A DNA stretch of 38,950 nucleotides from Octopus bimaculoides (GCF_001194135.2 NC_068981.1:107440788-107479737); one strand, 5' to 3'; numbered from the stretch's first letter, positions 11,451 to 24,088 are shown. Notes: generated by a model not told the origin, from the sequence alone. Numbers and translations: made by a program.

Positions 11451-12437
11451 TAAGGTGGTGAGATGGATACAGTAGAAAGGGATAGTTTTAGAGGAGATTT
11501 ACCTTGTATGTGAATGTGAAGCTTGATGAAAAGTATTGCTTATAGAATCCTTATGGTTTGTGGAGATATAGATATAGTAGTTCTGAGGTAATGAACAAAA
11601 TATTAGTCATTGACTAATAATATTTCAATTATTTCAGCAAGTATAGTAAACAACACTGGACATTTATGCATGAGCTTATCAGTGAACCAAATATCACATG
11701 TAAAGTAGTGATGGGAGAATTGTGAAGTAAATATACAATGATGAACACTGGGTGACATAGAAAACTAGAATTGTTGAGAGACTAAATTACTCAGCAATCA
11801 TTATCAGCTAATAAATATCTATTTATGATCAATTTGGGTTGAAGAGGATTTAGAAAGATGATAACCCATATAGAATTGCAATGGAATTATGTCTCAAGAC
11901 ATTTGAACATTCTTCTTACAAGTGTTAATTGCATTATAAAATATCATCTAGCAACACAAAGTTAGAATTAATCAATAATTAGTAAAGATAATAGAAAAGA
12001 CTGGCATTTGCTAACATTGTTATTAACAATTGGCCATATATTGTTAAATATTTAATAGACTAATGAAGCTACTTTTCATTTTAATGGTTAGAGCAGCAGA
12101 ACAATCTCTCACAAATAATCAAAACTAAAAATTACAGATGAAAATACAGCTTTTTTTTTTACAAAAGATTTCTCATTACTTCATCATCATCATATAGGAA
12201 TATAAATTAATCAAATATAATCATAAAATATTTTAAAATTTATATATAAAATTCTGTTCAAATATAAATACTTTTTTTCCTTTCTATAATATAATCTTAG
12301 AAAGTAAAATTTTGATCAAAGTAAAAACAAAATACACAAGTTTTGATTAGCGTGGTATCTCACTGAGTTTTAAGGAGAGGACCAAAATATGTGACATATT
12401 GCTCCACTCAAGAAGACATGTCTACCACAACTGAATT

Positions 12438-12573
12438 GATTAAGAAGGGCATCCATCTGTAGAAACCAAACCAAAACAGACTACGGAACCTGGTGCAGCC
12501 CCTGGCCTTGCTAGTTCCTACCAAGCTGACCAACCAATGCCAACATGAGAAATGGACATTGAATGATGATGAT
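12438..12573 (+). mobile_element. SINE family A (3' part)
   Basis: aagaagggcatccatctgtagaaacc...ccaatgccaacatgagaaatggacattgaat(gat)n. Confidence 0.8.
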
Positions 12574-12669
12574 AAATAAAAACATACACACATACAGAAG
12601 AGATGTAGGATACAGGAGGCTCATCAGTTTGTCTTGTCCTTGACAAGACAATTCACTAGTATTGCTGTT

Positions 12670-12861
12670 AAGTATACTCTCTAAACTGGTTAATGTTAGG
12701 AAGGGCATCCAACTATAGAAAACATGCTAATGGGAGAGTGAGATAGATGTGGTCTCTCAACCATGTCTAGTAGAGCAGTAACTCTGATCAAATGTAACTT
12801 GACCTGTAATAAATAATCCAGCCAGAGCCAGCATGGAAAATAGACATATGAAGATGATGAT
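12670..12861 (+). mobile_element. SINE family A-related (diverged)
   Basis: tgttaggaagggcatccaactatagaaaac...gccagcatggaaaatagacatatgaagatgatgat. Confidence 0.65.
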
Positions 12862-13102
12862 AAATATATTGATAATATTTAGAGGTGACTGCCTCTAAAT
12901 ACTATGAATGCTCACATATGATACCATATTTTTCCATGCCAACATTACTTTGATATATGATGAAGCTAACAAACCTCACTGGTACTAACAAGTATGCTAT
13001 TTTTATTAAAGAATAAAAGTTGTACCTCTTAAATCCACCACTCCATGATACCACAATTCCTATGATCCAACATGATTTGAATTTGTTTTAGACTTTACAT
13101 TA

Positions 13103-13290
13103 GGAGCAAGCATGGTTGTGCAATTAAGAAGTTCTTTTCCTAACTGTGTGGTTTCAGGTTCAGCACCATTGTGCTTCACTTTGAGTGTCTTCATCTTTTG
13201 AGTGTCCCAGGCTAACCAAAGTGCTGTGAGTGGATTTGGTAGACAGAAACTCAAAGAAACTCATGTGTGTATGTATGCATGTTCACATAC
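13103..13290 (+). mobile_element. SINE family B 5' half (tRNA-like head)
   Basis: Reverse complement of the 3150-3312 segment. Confidence 0.7.
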
Positions 13291-14159
13291 ACACATGTTT
13301 GTCTGAATTTACATTTGCATAATATCACACAATACATACAGCAAGGTTTTAGTCTCTTTCTCCAGGCAATAAAGCATTCATTGGCTTTGTGCCTTCAAAG
13401 ATATGTGAAATAAAAAGTCTCTTACTTGAAAATTTGATACGGGTTAGAGATAGGAAGGGTATCTGGCTGTAAAACAATACCTTGATAACATATTTATTTA
13501 ATCCATACTATCATGGAAAAATGAATTACACAAGCAAAAATCCTGTTTGAAAGCCTTAGTTGCATTATTTCTTATTCTAAGCTTTCTTGTAACTTTGATA
13601 AAACATCAGTACATACATGTAGACTGAGATGGTAAAAATATGTTCACTAAGTGGCTTCCATTTGGAATGAATTTCTGGGTTTTTTTTTTTACTTTTTCTA
13701 TGGTCTGATAATGATTAGGTCCCAAAGTTACCACATTTATTAAGTTGAATATATAATGGTATACAAGCTTATTTAGCATATAAACATATTTCATTACTTA
13801 CTTAGTAGGTCTTCAGTGAGAACTTTATACATACAATGTTTAATTTTCTTAAGATCTATTAGGTTTCTTCTATCACATATAATTTTCAATTTATACATGT
13901 TCCACCATTTCAAATTACATTGTTTTTCTCACAATCAGAAATATTGATGTTCATCTTTAAAAGCTTAGGATGCTAAATACATTACTCTTTGCTTCCTCTG
14001 TCTCATTTCTATTTGGCTTGCAAGATGTAATAGTATTTCCAAACACTGTTCTGTTGTTAGATTATATGTGTATAATTTGCATCTATTCAATTGATTTGCA
14101 TCAGGCTCATAAGAGAATCTTTCATTTTATTTATGATGGTAGATATTCATTCTACAAGA

Positions 14160-14345
14160 TGTAGATGGTTTTGTTTAGTCCCAGGTCAACTTGTGAGAGC
14201 AAAGCTATGATCAAAAGCATTCAAGGCATTGACTATCTCATCTCTTTTTTGAGGATAACATTACCCAATGTATCATTTTCCAAGACAGTAGAATACGATC
14301 TGATGGAGAGCTGGTTCCATGAATGACCACATAGCAGTTCCATCA
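14160..14345. mobile_element. Interspersed repeat (family D here); related pieces at ~18330-18427 and ~30868-30990
   Basis: Shared motifs aagac(a/g)gtag..t.(c/t)gat(c/t)tga.ggag and tttaac.ccag.tca.cc(c/t)tga seen by eye across copies. Confidence 0.5.
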
Positions 14346-15893
14346 GTGATTCATTCTGCAAGATCATACATTTTAGGGATTTGAGGGAAATATTTTTCCT
14401 AATATTTAAAGGAATCTGATATCTTATTTCATAATATAACAACAATAGGATTTGTAATTTGGATCGATTATACTTATACACAGTTGGACAACTGAAGGAT
14501 GTCTCATCTAAAAACTATCCAACACAAAACTCTAAGTAACAAACAAGTATGATACTGCATGTAACACTAGAAAATACTAAAGGTGAATTGGACCTCTCTG
14601 TTTTTTTAAACAATAGATTACTTCAGTTCAGTGTTGAGGTTAGTTCCTTTTTAGAATAATTACAAATTCCTCTATACTAGTAACAAGAAATCCACTTGTC
14701 TCATATATATAGCTTGTAATAAATCATTTTTTACATTCTTCCTTCCTTAAGGTTCTCAACACATAAATCCTACAAATAATTAAGAATATGCTAGAACCAT
14801 TATTTCTGAGGTCAATACATCATTTCCATTAGTATTTTAGGATAGTATCTGAGTTTTATTCTTGGTGGCAATTTGTGTTGTTGCTAAGTGTCTAACAGAC
14901 ACAGTAGTTTCTTTGTTATTAAAATAGCTAGCAAGCACAAGCATAGCAAGGGTTTGTTGACAAGAGCTCCAACTAAAAGGTCTGTTTTGTTCATGTGACA
15001 GAACTGGTCCACAATTATACAACTACCAAATACGGAAGTCTCCTAGATAAGCTACAAGAATACTTCAGAAGTCTCTCATGAAATCACAGCATTAGTTGCA
15101 GTGCACAACTGGATTAAGTAGAGAACATCAGAGAGAACAGTTTGCCAAACTGAATAGGCAATCCACTTGACTTTAAAGATTTGTTTTTCAAGTTACTCCA
15201 CTAAATCTCTCAGCTTATCCATTACCCTACAAGTTATAATTAGCGGTTCTACTACATGAAAACTTTTGTTACAGAAAAATTCATGCACTTCCTGTCTCAT
15301 AAAATAGGCATACCAAAAATAGAAAGCAGCTGAGAGAGACAATGATTATTGATGCAGTTATATTTATAAAAGGAAACCTAGAATATTAATCCATAATATT
15401 AAGAAAATATCGATTGTTGTCAGTACTAGGAAGAGACCATTTGAAGTTGATATTTAGTAACCTTTATGAGATGTGTTTTATTAAGTTGATGAAAATTTTG
15501 ATTTACATTCTACACATCCTTCACACAAACCAACCACTTGTGAGACATCCTCTATGGATAATGGTTTGGTTTCAGATCTTGAAAGACTGGAAAGAAGTAA
15601 TCCCTGTATGGCATCATGAAGTTCAGCTAGAAAGTTTCAGCAAATTTCTTGTTAAAACTGTAATCAGGTTGAACTGTAAGGTAATTTTAAAAGGTCTTAA
15701 ACCAATGTTTTCATTCTCAAGTTGTCATTGAGGAACTGGGACTGGCAACATGCCACTAGATCTTAGCTGAAGATCCATTATAAGTTGGTTAACTTACATA
15801 GAGTACTCATAATTTGGTTACATTAAGTGCAGGGTCTCTGAATAACTTTTAGGTAACTGTTGTGCAATAGAAAGATACTTGATCTTACAACAA

Positions 15894-16280
15894 TCATTAT
15901 TATCATCGTTTTAATGTCCACTTTTCCATGCTTGCACAAATCAGATGAAATTCTTTGAGGCAGATTTTCTATAGCCAGATACTCTTTCTGTTGCCAACCC
16001 CTCAACTGCTTCTAGATGAAGTAATATTCCTTCAAACTTGAACAGCACAATGACTGGACATGATTACATATTTGCATGGCGGTGATGGCTGTTTATGATT
16101 AAAGTGATGGCAAGACAAAGACACATACATATCTCAGACTTCTTCTAGTTTTAATTTACCAAATCTACTCACAAGGCTTTAGTCAGCTTGGGACTATAGT
16201 AGAAAGTACTTGCTCAAGGCGCTGTACAGCAAGACTGAACTCAAAGCCACATAGTCGCAAAGTAGTTTTCTTAACCACAC
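15894..16280 (-). mobile_element. SINE with family-A-type tail (15894-16003) plus family-B-type head (16130-16280)
   Basis: atcatcgttttaatgtccacttttccatgcttgc is the reverse complement of the family A tail; 16130-16280 matches the family B head at 3150-3312. Confidence 0.65.
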
Positions 16281-16875
16281 AACATTATGACATTTATTCA
16301 ATAGCACAAACTATGCAAATAACATCCATACAACAAAACTCAGCAAAACTTGTTAATCCAAGTGAATGACATCTGCCATCATCACAAGACTGCATACAAT
16401 ATGAGCCATAGAAAGTGATGAAGGTGAATCTGGTCTTTCTTTCTTTCTTTCATAATAGAATAATTTAATTCATTGTTTGGGTAAATTCATTTTAAGAATG
16501 ACAAGTTCTTTCTCATTAGTAAGAACAAACCAACTGGTTCAATCCTTGTAGCTTACAGTAAATAATTTCCCCAACATACACCTTTTAAATCTGATAACTT
16601 TTCCAACATATGCTAGTAAAACTTTAACCAACACAACATTTGGAAAGTGAAAAATTAAAAAAGAAAAAATACAGGATTAAAACTGACACATCTATAGAAC
16701 TACTTTGGAAATAACTAAACATATTTCAGCAAGTGTTACAAATTTAAATATATATACAAATCTGGGAAGTTTATGAATTGATCTTTCTGATTATTTACCC
16801 CTAACTAATTTCCTTGGACTCCAACAGAATGAAATATTTCATATAAGCTGATAGTGCCCTTTACTGCAAAAAGCA

Positions 16876-17536
16876 GATATATCGGATCTAGTTCAAAACA
16901 GGGGTATCAGTATTTTCTTAACGAAACACTAACGAAACACTTTGAAAGTTGGGACACTGGTAGAATGTGTCATATAAAACATCTTTTACTCTTAGTCTTC
17001 TTAACAAAAAAACGTACATCGCAAGCTATTCCATGTTAAAGTTGTTGTGTTTCTGTAATTTCAACCAATCACTGACGTCTATTCAGCTGTATAGAGTTAC
17101 TGCTGGCCGGTCATAAAAATGTTATTCCCTGTGACATATTTCATCCGGTTTAATCGTAATTTATACGCATATATTATTTATATAATATATTACGCTGTGC
17201 GTATCTATGTGTGTAACAATTTTAGAGTTTGGATTCTAGAGTTAAGGTTAGTTTTAGGGTTAGGGTTAACAGTCTAGTTAGGGTTAGGGTTAGGGGATTA
17301 ATACGATATACACCGTTACAGTGCTGTTTTCAACTGAATAGACGTCAGTGATTAGTAGAAATTATCGAAATAAGACAATTTTTTACATGAAATAAATTCG
17401 AATACAAAAATTTTTTCCTGTTCTATAACACAAAATAGATAAGTATACAAAGTTTGAAAGTCTTTCGGTACCAAAAACACAACATAAAACATAAATGAAA
17501 ACTGGTGCCCCTGTTTTGAACAAGATCCGATATATC
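16876..17536. mobile_element. Fold-back / long-TIR non-autonomous DNA element with internal TTAGGG repeats
   Basis: Outer IR 16876-16917 vs 17497-17536 (gatatatcggatc(t/a)(a/t)gttcaaaacagggg); inner IR ~17028-17089 vs ~17331-17395 (aatcactgacgtctattcag); centre 17241-17296 has (ttaggg)n. Confidence 0.75.
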
Positions 17537-17800
17537 CACTTAAAATTTCATTACCCTTAAGTGTTTTATATACCAATCATCTTTTTTTTTTTTTTTGTTA
17601 CAGAATGTCATGTTTGAAACTAATTTCTGTTGAGATATATCAAGTTTATTGAGGCAATGTGACTTGCAGAAGATACCAATTCTATTTCATGGTAGATATT
17701 AAACAACATTACTAGAATCACAATGAAATTTAATTTTGTAATTAAAGGGTTAAAGCTCACTCAGGTGTTATAAAAATGTAGTACTAAAAAAAAAACATAC

Positions 17801-17882
17801 CTGTTGTAGTATATGGTGCCCGGTAACATTTGTCATGTTTGATTTTAATCTATCTTCAAGATTACTTCCCCATTTTGAAATT
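17801..17882 (-). CDS. CACNA2D: Internal coding exon (exon 2 equivalent) of the same alpha2/delta-family gene; 82 nt, starts phase 2, ends phase 0: (x)ISKWGSNLEDRLKSNMTNVTGHHILQQ
   Basis: Seen: acceptor cattaatcccactctgtttattttatttccag| with a TTAAT branch-point-like motif, donor CAG|GTATGT, open frame. Knowledge: matches the alpha2delta pattern (V/I)xxW...L......x(S/T)GxxxLQxxY. As I recall, human CACNA2D1 exon 2 is also 82 nt with phase 2/0 (to be verified). Confidence 0.8.
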
Positions 17883-18444
17883 CTGGAAATAAAATAAACA
17901 GAGTGGGATTAATGTTTTGCATCAGCAGAATACATGTGGAAAGATATGAAATTTTAAGAAGTGTTTGTCTCAGTCTGTCTGATGGCCACGGAGAACATAT
18001 AGGCATAACAAACGTAACAAATCACATGAAACAAGTAAGTTCCAATTATGTAATGGAAGTAATGTATGTAAGATTTCTATCTCAGCCAATACAAGGTTAT
18101 TTTTGTTTTCCACTTTTTAAATTTTTCAATTAACTGCATAACAAAACTTTACACACAATTAAAGTACATAGCAAAAAAAGTTAGTTATGTGGAAAGGTGG
18201 AGCTCTTACAAGTCTCTCTTGTTGTCATAATTAATTTTATACATATACAGATAATTGTTAGGTTTTTATTACTAAATTTTTCATGTAATACATTTTTAGA
18301 AATATTATATTTAGGACTGCATTATTCTACACACCCATTCTTTTTTCCTTTAAGATGATGGGTGCAATCTGAGGGAGATTTGGTTGCTATTTCAAATAGG
18401 TGAAGTAACTGCATGGAGATCCCCTCACTGTATTGAGTGACATA

Positions 18445-18715
18445 TATTTACAAGAATGTATGTGTGTGTGAGTGTGCATCTGTGTGTAAGAATATGCATA
18501 TGTATAAGAGTGTGTGTATGCATGAGTGCATGTGTTTGAGTGTGTATGCATGAATGCATGTATACTTGAGTGTATGCATGTGTGCATATGAATGTGTATA
18601 TATGTGCATAAGTGTGCAAAAATATGCACACAAAAATGCATGTATGTATGCTATACTGTGTGTGTATATATAAATGCCTATACATACAGAAGATATTAAT
18701 GTGTATGTGTATATT
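18445..18715. repeat. Degenerate (TG/TA/TGCA) low-complexity tract
   Basis: Directly visible; source of the HTH-rich ORFs. Confidence 0.9.
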
Positions 18716-19274
18716 TTTGCATAGTAGACTTAATCTACCACCCAGTTCAACAACACCACCTGTATATTTTGAAGTGTTTTTATTATAAGTTTTTCACAAT
18801 CTTTATCATTCCTCAAGTCACAACCAAAACCAATATTATGCAACCAATACCACAAAATAACCTAGCCAACATCTAACACAAACAAAATCACTGTAACAGT
18901 GACTCAAAATTATCCCCACCATTACTAAAATAATGAGAATCAAAATTATGGGCATTAAACCAGCAGTTCTCGAACTAAAAAATACCAGGCTCCCTCAAAA
19001 AATACAGAAGTGAAATAGTTTTGACACACTCTCCTCACTTCATTAATGAGACTAAATAGTTTGCATCCATATAATTTATTTTACCCCACCATGGTGTTGG
19101 ACAAGTTTAAGATGTTAGAAACTATCTTCATTTGATTAAACATGACAATTTGTCTGTGTCCTTTTCAATCCTCACAGGCTTCCCTATGAGAAATTCTGGT
19201 TTTAACAATCGAGGAAGAAAAGTAAAGAAAGATGAATAGTGTGATAAAGTGTTTAAATATGCTGAGTAATTAAT

Positions 19275-19455
19275 TGTTTCTACTATAGGCACAAGGTCTG
19301 AAATTTGGGAGACGGGAGTAGTCAATAACATTGAATTTAGTGCTGAACATATTTATTTTATCAACCCTGAAAGGATGAAAGGTAAAGTCAACCTTGGTGG
19401 ATTTTGAACTCAGAGTGTAATGAGTCAGAAGAAATGCTGTTAAGCATTTTATTCA
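19275..19455 (-). mobile_element. SINE-like repeat family C
   Basis: Matches 3413-3635. Confidence 0.8.
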
Positions 19456-19764
19456 ATGTTGCTACATGTCCATACTTACAGATAAGCAATAAAACCTACA
19501 AAGTTACAACAAATAATAACCTTTGCAATCTCTAAATAGCAAGCTCACATTGCGAGAACTACATCTATTTATGCTTTCTCTTCAAAGCCAGAAACTACTT
19601 CAGCTGATATTAGTTGCTGACTCTCTGCAAAGCTTACATGGTTACTGATTACATTGGATTGCTGATAATATACCTGGAATGGTATTGCTGCTGCTGCACA
19701 CAGACATAAAAAGACTGATAAGTAAAGACTCACTACAACTATTCCTTTAAACTAATAAGCTGTG

Positions 19765-19925
19765 TACCACTTCTGCCAAAGTCCAGGCAGAAGACTGCAC
19801 CAGACTTTCGTGTCTGTTTTGGCAAGGTTTTTACAACTGGATGTCCTTCCTAACACCAATCACCTAACAGAGTGGACCGAGTACTTTTTATGTGGTACAA
19901 GCTCAGGTGAGGTCAGTTTGGCATG
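19765..19925 (-). mobile_element. SINE family A (antisense to the + copies)
   Basis: ggtttttacaactggatgtccttcctaacaccaatcac...actttttatgtggtac is the reverse complement of the family A body. Confidence 0.75.
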
Positions 19926-20169
19926 GTTTTCACAGGTGGCTGCCCTTCTGAATACCAACCACTTTATAGTGCGGACTGGCAGGTTCACTAAGTAACTTGC
20001 AAAACAAAGATCTTTTGAGAGATGTGGCATTGGAGGAGGTGATCTTGTGTTAAATGATGAAGGTTAGAGTGTGACAAAGAGACAGAAACAGGTATCTTGC
20101 TGTAGAAGAGGTACATGATTACCTGGCCAAAGAGAGAGAGAGAACAAAAAAAACCCCCACCCTTCTAAA

Positions 20170-20760
20170 TCCCCATGAATTTCCACACCACCACAAAACC
20201 TACCATAGCCACATGCATCAATGACATTACACTCACATTCTTCCATCGCATTCCAGATACCATTGCACAACTACTACAACACTACAAAAATTATCTAGAA
20301 TCCTGGTTCCATAACAACAGACTTCTATTCATCCAGTCTCTATTCATCCCAGAAACATCAAATGCAGCCAAAAATATATACATACTACATACATAAGGAC
20401 AAAAATACTAGAAGTTATATATAACCCTGCCACACACACACACATATACACGCATTCATAAACAAATAGAAAATGTAATAATGAAATCGGGATGATGCGT
20501 AAACATACATAGATCAATCACAGGTGTCACATTTGACCAACAGAAAGAATCAACATTAATGGCATACAAACAATACATTAGATCCACCATGAACTATACC
20601 AGTTCTATCTATACCTCTAATCTTATCTTGACAAACTACAATAAACTAGAAAGTACAGTAACCAGTGCACAAGGCAACATCCAAAGTAGTACATGATTAC
20701 AGACCGCATTTTTACATATATCATGCATAAACATGGTAATAATGGACCTCCACTGATTCT
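20170..20760 (+). pseudogene. Decayed I/Jockey-group LINE ORF2 fragment (RT C-terminal half)
   Basis: IATCINDITLT..LLQHYKNYLESWFHNNRL (decayed YADDIT..LE.W..NRL) and GVTFDQQKESTLMAYKQYIRSTMNYTSS..TNYNKLE. Confidence 0.6.
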
Positions 20761-20769
20761 TGTACTACA

Positions 20770-22190
20770 CACAACTTATTAGACAGGGTTATTTGATAAA
20801 GCCATTGAGTATCTTCTCTCTATTTCTTGGGTTCCTTCCTTCCAATTTCCCAGTTGTCACTAAGTGTTCAAGGCTTTGTTTTCTCATATCATATCCAATG
20901 AACTTTGCCTATTCTCTACTTAAAAAGCTATCTGGTAGTTTCTGCCTATCTAAAGAATAACATTTCTGCAACATTGATAAGCTTCTGTACTTGGTGATGT
21001 TCATGCAACCATATGTAAGGATTTCTACACTTCCAGGATTCTTTTCTTCAATCTTACTGACAGCTGTTTATTTCACAATATATGTCTGACGTCACTTGGC
21101 CCTTGATGCTTTTTCCATCAGATGTAATGATGATTTCCAAATATTTAAAAGCTATCAACTTGCTCCAAGACAGTTCAATTTTTATGTTGGAAATTGATAG
21201 AACTATCTTTGAGATTGTCAGGATTTTTTTTTGTTTGGTTTTCTTTTTTTTTTTTAGGTTTCTATAACAGAAACTCCTCTTTTTACTCATTAATACTACA
21301 CTAGTACTAACTAATGTTTGTACTAGTGTACCAGTTGTTATAAGGACAATCTCTTCTGCATAATGGACAATGAGGAGGTTTTGTCATATTTGTATACTTG
21401 GTAGATGTTCAATAGGTTACATAATTATTTCATTATATAATGAAAACAGGCCTGATGGTACCACACACACTTGTCATACATCTTTCTTGGTCTTCTCTTA
21501 CTGCCCTTGTTTGTTTAGAATTTTAATTGTTCTTGTGTGTTGCTAAGATGTCTTCCTGATTATTCACAAGGCCTTTCTATCTAGATTTGCTTTTGTGTAA
21601 ACAATGAAATTGGTATAGATCTTGTACTTTCATTGCTCTTTCAATGAGGTTTCTTAAAATGTACAAAGCATTGGCTGTTCCATTTCCCCTCCACAAATCT
21701 ACATTGTATTTCTGATACCTTGGACTCTTTATCTGGATCTGAGCATCAGTACTTATAATAAGACTCTTGTGGTGTAGCTCATAAAACTAATTGTTCAGTG
21801 TAGATCACGTTCTATTGCTTCAGGTTTTTTAGGGAGTGCTACAAAAATTGATTTGAATATTTATTCAGAAATTTCTCCTGTTTCATAAATATTGCTGAGC
21901 AGGATTGTTATTTTCAAAGACTTCCAAAGTCATCTAGTACCACAATCATCTCTGTAAGTATATCATGTAGCCCAAATGCTTTCTCACATTTCATCCCTTT
22001 TAGTACATGTCTAATTTCTATCGTTAATATTGATGATCCATCATAATTAGTTTGTATCTGCAAGACCATCTTTCAAGAATTTTTTCCAGTTTTAGATCTC
22101 CTTTCTTTGATTTTAAACATTTTGTAGATGAGCACATTTATATCCCTTTTAGTTGTTTGACTTATTCATGTGAATACTTGTGGAATAGTT
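20770..22190 (-). pseudogene. Decayed RTE (BovB-like) LINE RT region
   Basis: Minus-strand motifs KSIFVALPKKPEAIE...TISFMS, CVVPSGLFSLYNEIIM, HYAEEIVL (from YADDTVL), FKYLEIIITSDGKS; many stops and frameshifts. Confidence 0.75.
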
Positions 22191-22269
22191 TGTAAATGTT
22201 ATCACATTCCTTGTTCTGTCACTGTTCCTTTGCCTCATTACATTTTCTTTCTATTTCAGTTTATTATTG

Positions 22270-22830
22270 CAACAAGGCTTCCACCACAACAATCACTACA
22301 AATTCATGGAAACTAGCTACAAACACCCAAACCCAAATGCAATACAGCATCCTAAACACACTATCTTGCCTAGTCAACCAAGACAAACATAAAACACATA
22401 CATACATGACATAGCTGAACAGTCCCCCAAGACTGCTAATGTGAAAACCACACACATTACAGCAAGGAAAAAATAACCATCATATTCTAATCAAGTCCAC
22501 CTGCACACCTCCATTGTGGTTACAACTATAATCTGTCAGTGATGTATGCATAAAGACTGGATAGTGGAGAGCATGCAACAAGTGCAAACTCACACTGCTT
22601 GATATATGATTAACTACAGCAGGTTGGAGTGTGCAGTATGGCCCTCAGATAGGCAAAGATTTGTGTAGTTAACTAGGAAGAACAAACAGGTCGCATTTCA
22701 TCATTCCACCAAGGAGTGGAACGACAAAGGGCTGCTCAATCAGAGTGGATCTGGGGCTCCATAACACACAACATCATAATGAAAGAAGTTTGAGGAAGCA
22801 AGCAATTGAAATACAAAAATTGAATATAAA
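22270..22830 (+). pseudogene. Probable 3' continuation of the I-group LINE (C-terminal Cys/His-rich remnant and 3' UTR)
   Basis: QVHL..LHCG..SVSDVC..SGEHA..HC resembles the I-group C-terminal CCHC knuckle region; same strand as 20170-20760. Confidence 0.4.
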
Positions 22831-23589
22831 AAATATTTATTTTCATATAAGAGATAGTCTGTTCCAGTCAACATATAAATTTGAAGTCAGCAGAGATATA
22901 ATGAAGTAATATAAACCATATGATAAGATGACGAGATAAACAAGGAAATAATTAAAACCTGGAAGGAAAACTTATGTGTAGCCTTTATACAAGAGGCAAT
23001 GCATATAACACAAGTCTCTTTATTAGGGGAATATTAAAACTACTGCAAATGTTGAAAGAGCAACAGAATGAGACAATCAAAAGTGATAAATTGACAGAAC
23101 AGCAGGAGGTCAAGTAAGAATACAATTGAGAAAATTATAATAATGTAGATACGGAAGCAAAGGAAAGAGTTTGTAAGGATGAGAACAATGTATAAGAGTT
23201 GTTTGAAAAGTATCTGCTTTAATAGTATTGCGAAATGAAGCAGGAGTAGCCATTTTCCAGGAGATAATCATTAATTAATATCAAACCAACAACACCATAA
23301 TTATTTTTCTCATGAAGTACGAGAAATTTTAATGAAAATAGTATTTATTATGATGTACAATTTTGTTCCTAACATTTGAAATTAATGATAAAAGATTAAA
23401 ACAAGAGAATAACAATAACTAGTTATTCCTTGGATGCAGTATATACAACAAAATACTATCATTCTAGTTAAATTTTGAAAGCATCCAGAAATAAACCAGA
23501 AGGGGATGGAGACAGATGTAAATTTGCTCAAAGGAAAGTGAGAATCCCTTAAAAGCTTCACATTTCCTTTCACAGAATAATTATAAGTA

Positions 23590-24088
23590 AAATCAAAGTG
23601 GTCAAGTAAAATCAAAAATAGTCAAGCAAAATCAAAAATCAAAAATCACAATCAGAATCTCAATCAAATCGAAATCAAAATGGAAATTGTAGTTGTGGCC
23701 AATGCCAGTGCCACCTGACTGGCTCCCGTGGCTGGTGGCACACAATAAGCACCATTCATGCATGGGTCACTGCCAGTGCCACTTTACTGGCTCCCCATGT
23801 CAGTGGCACGTAAAAAGTGCCATCCAAATGTGGTCAATGCCACANNNNNNNNNNNNNNNNNNNNNNNNNNNNNNNCAACATCCGAATGATGCCAGTTACA
23901 CCTCATGCCAGTAGCACGTAAAAAGCACCCATTATACTCTCAGAGTGGTTGGCGTTAGGAGGGGCATCCAACTGTAGAAACCTTGCCAGATCAGATTGGA
24001 GTCTGGTGCAGCCTCTTGGCTTGCCAGTCCCTAGTCAAACTGTCCAACCCATGCCAGCATGGAAAATGGACGTTAAACAATGATGATG
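23590..24088 (+). mobile_element. Long SINE family A copy with 5' (AAATC)-like array and internal tandem units (tgcc.gtggcacgtaaaaagcacc)
   Basis: About 4 internal repeated units, then the family A body and (GAT)n tail; spans a small N-gap. Confidence 0.8.

Larger units (their letters stand above)
306..17800 (-). other. Intron (17,495 nt) between the two alpha2/delta exons, TE-filled
   Basis: GT at 17800-17799 and AG at 307-306 on the minus strand; the flanking exons join in frame. No compatible coding exon found inside, but the two N-gaps cannot be inspected. Confidence 0.7.

Noticed and set aside
15507-15626. Protein-looking 120-nt minus frame (AELHDAIQGLLLSSLSRSETKPLSIEDVSQVVGLCEGCVE) with ag/gt ends
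   Set aside because: Phase 1/1 cannot fit between the phase-0 exons; splice sites are weak and it has no alpha2delta resemblance.
23590-23930. Repeated units separated by variable sequence, superficially CRISPR-like
   Set aside because: Eukaryotic context, degenerate units inside a SINE, and no cas genes.
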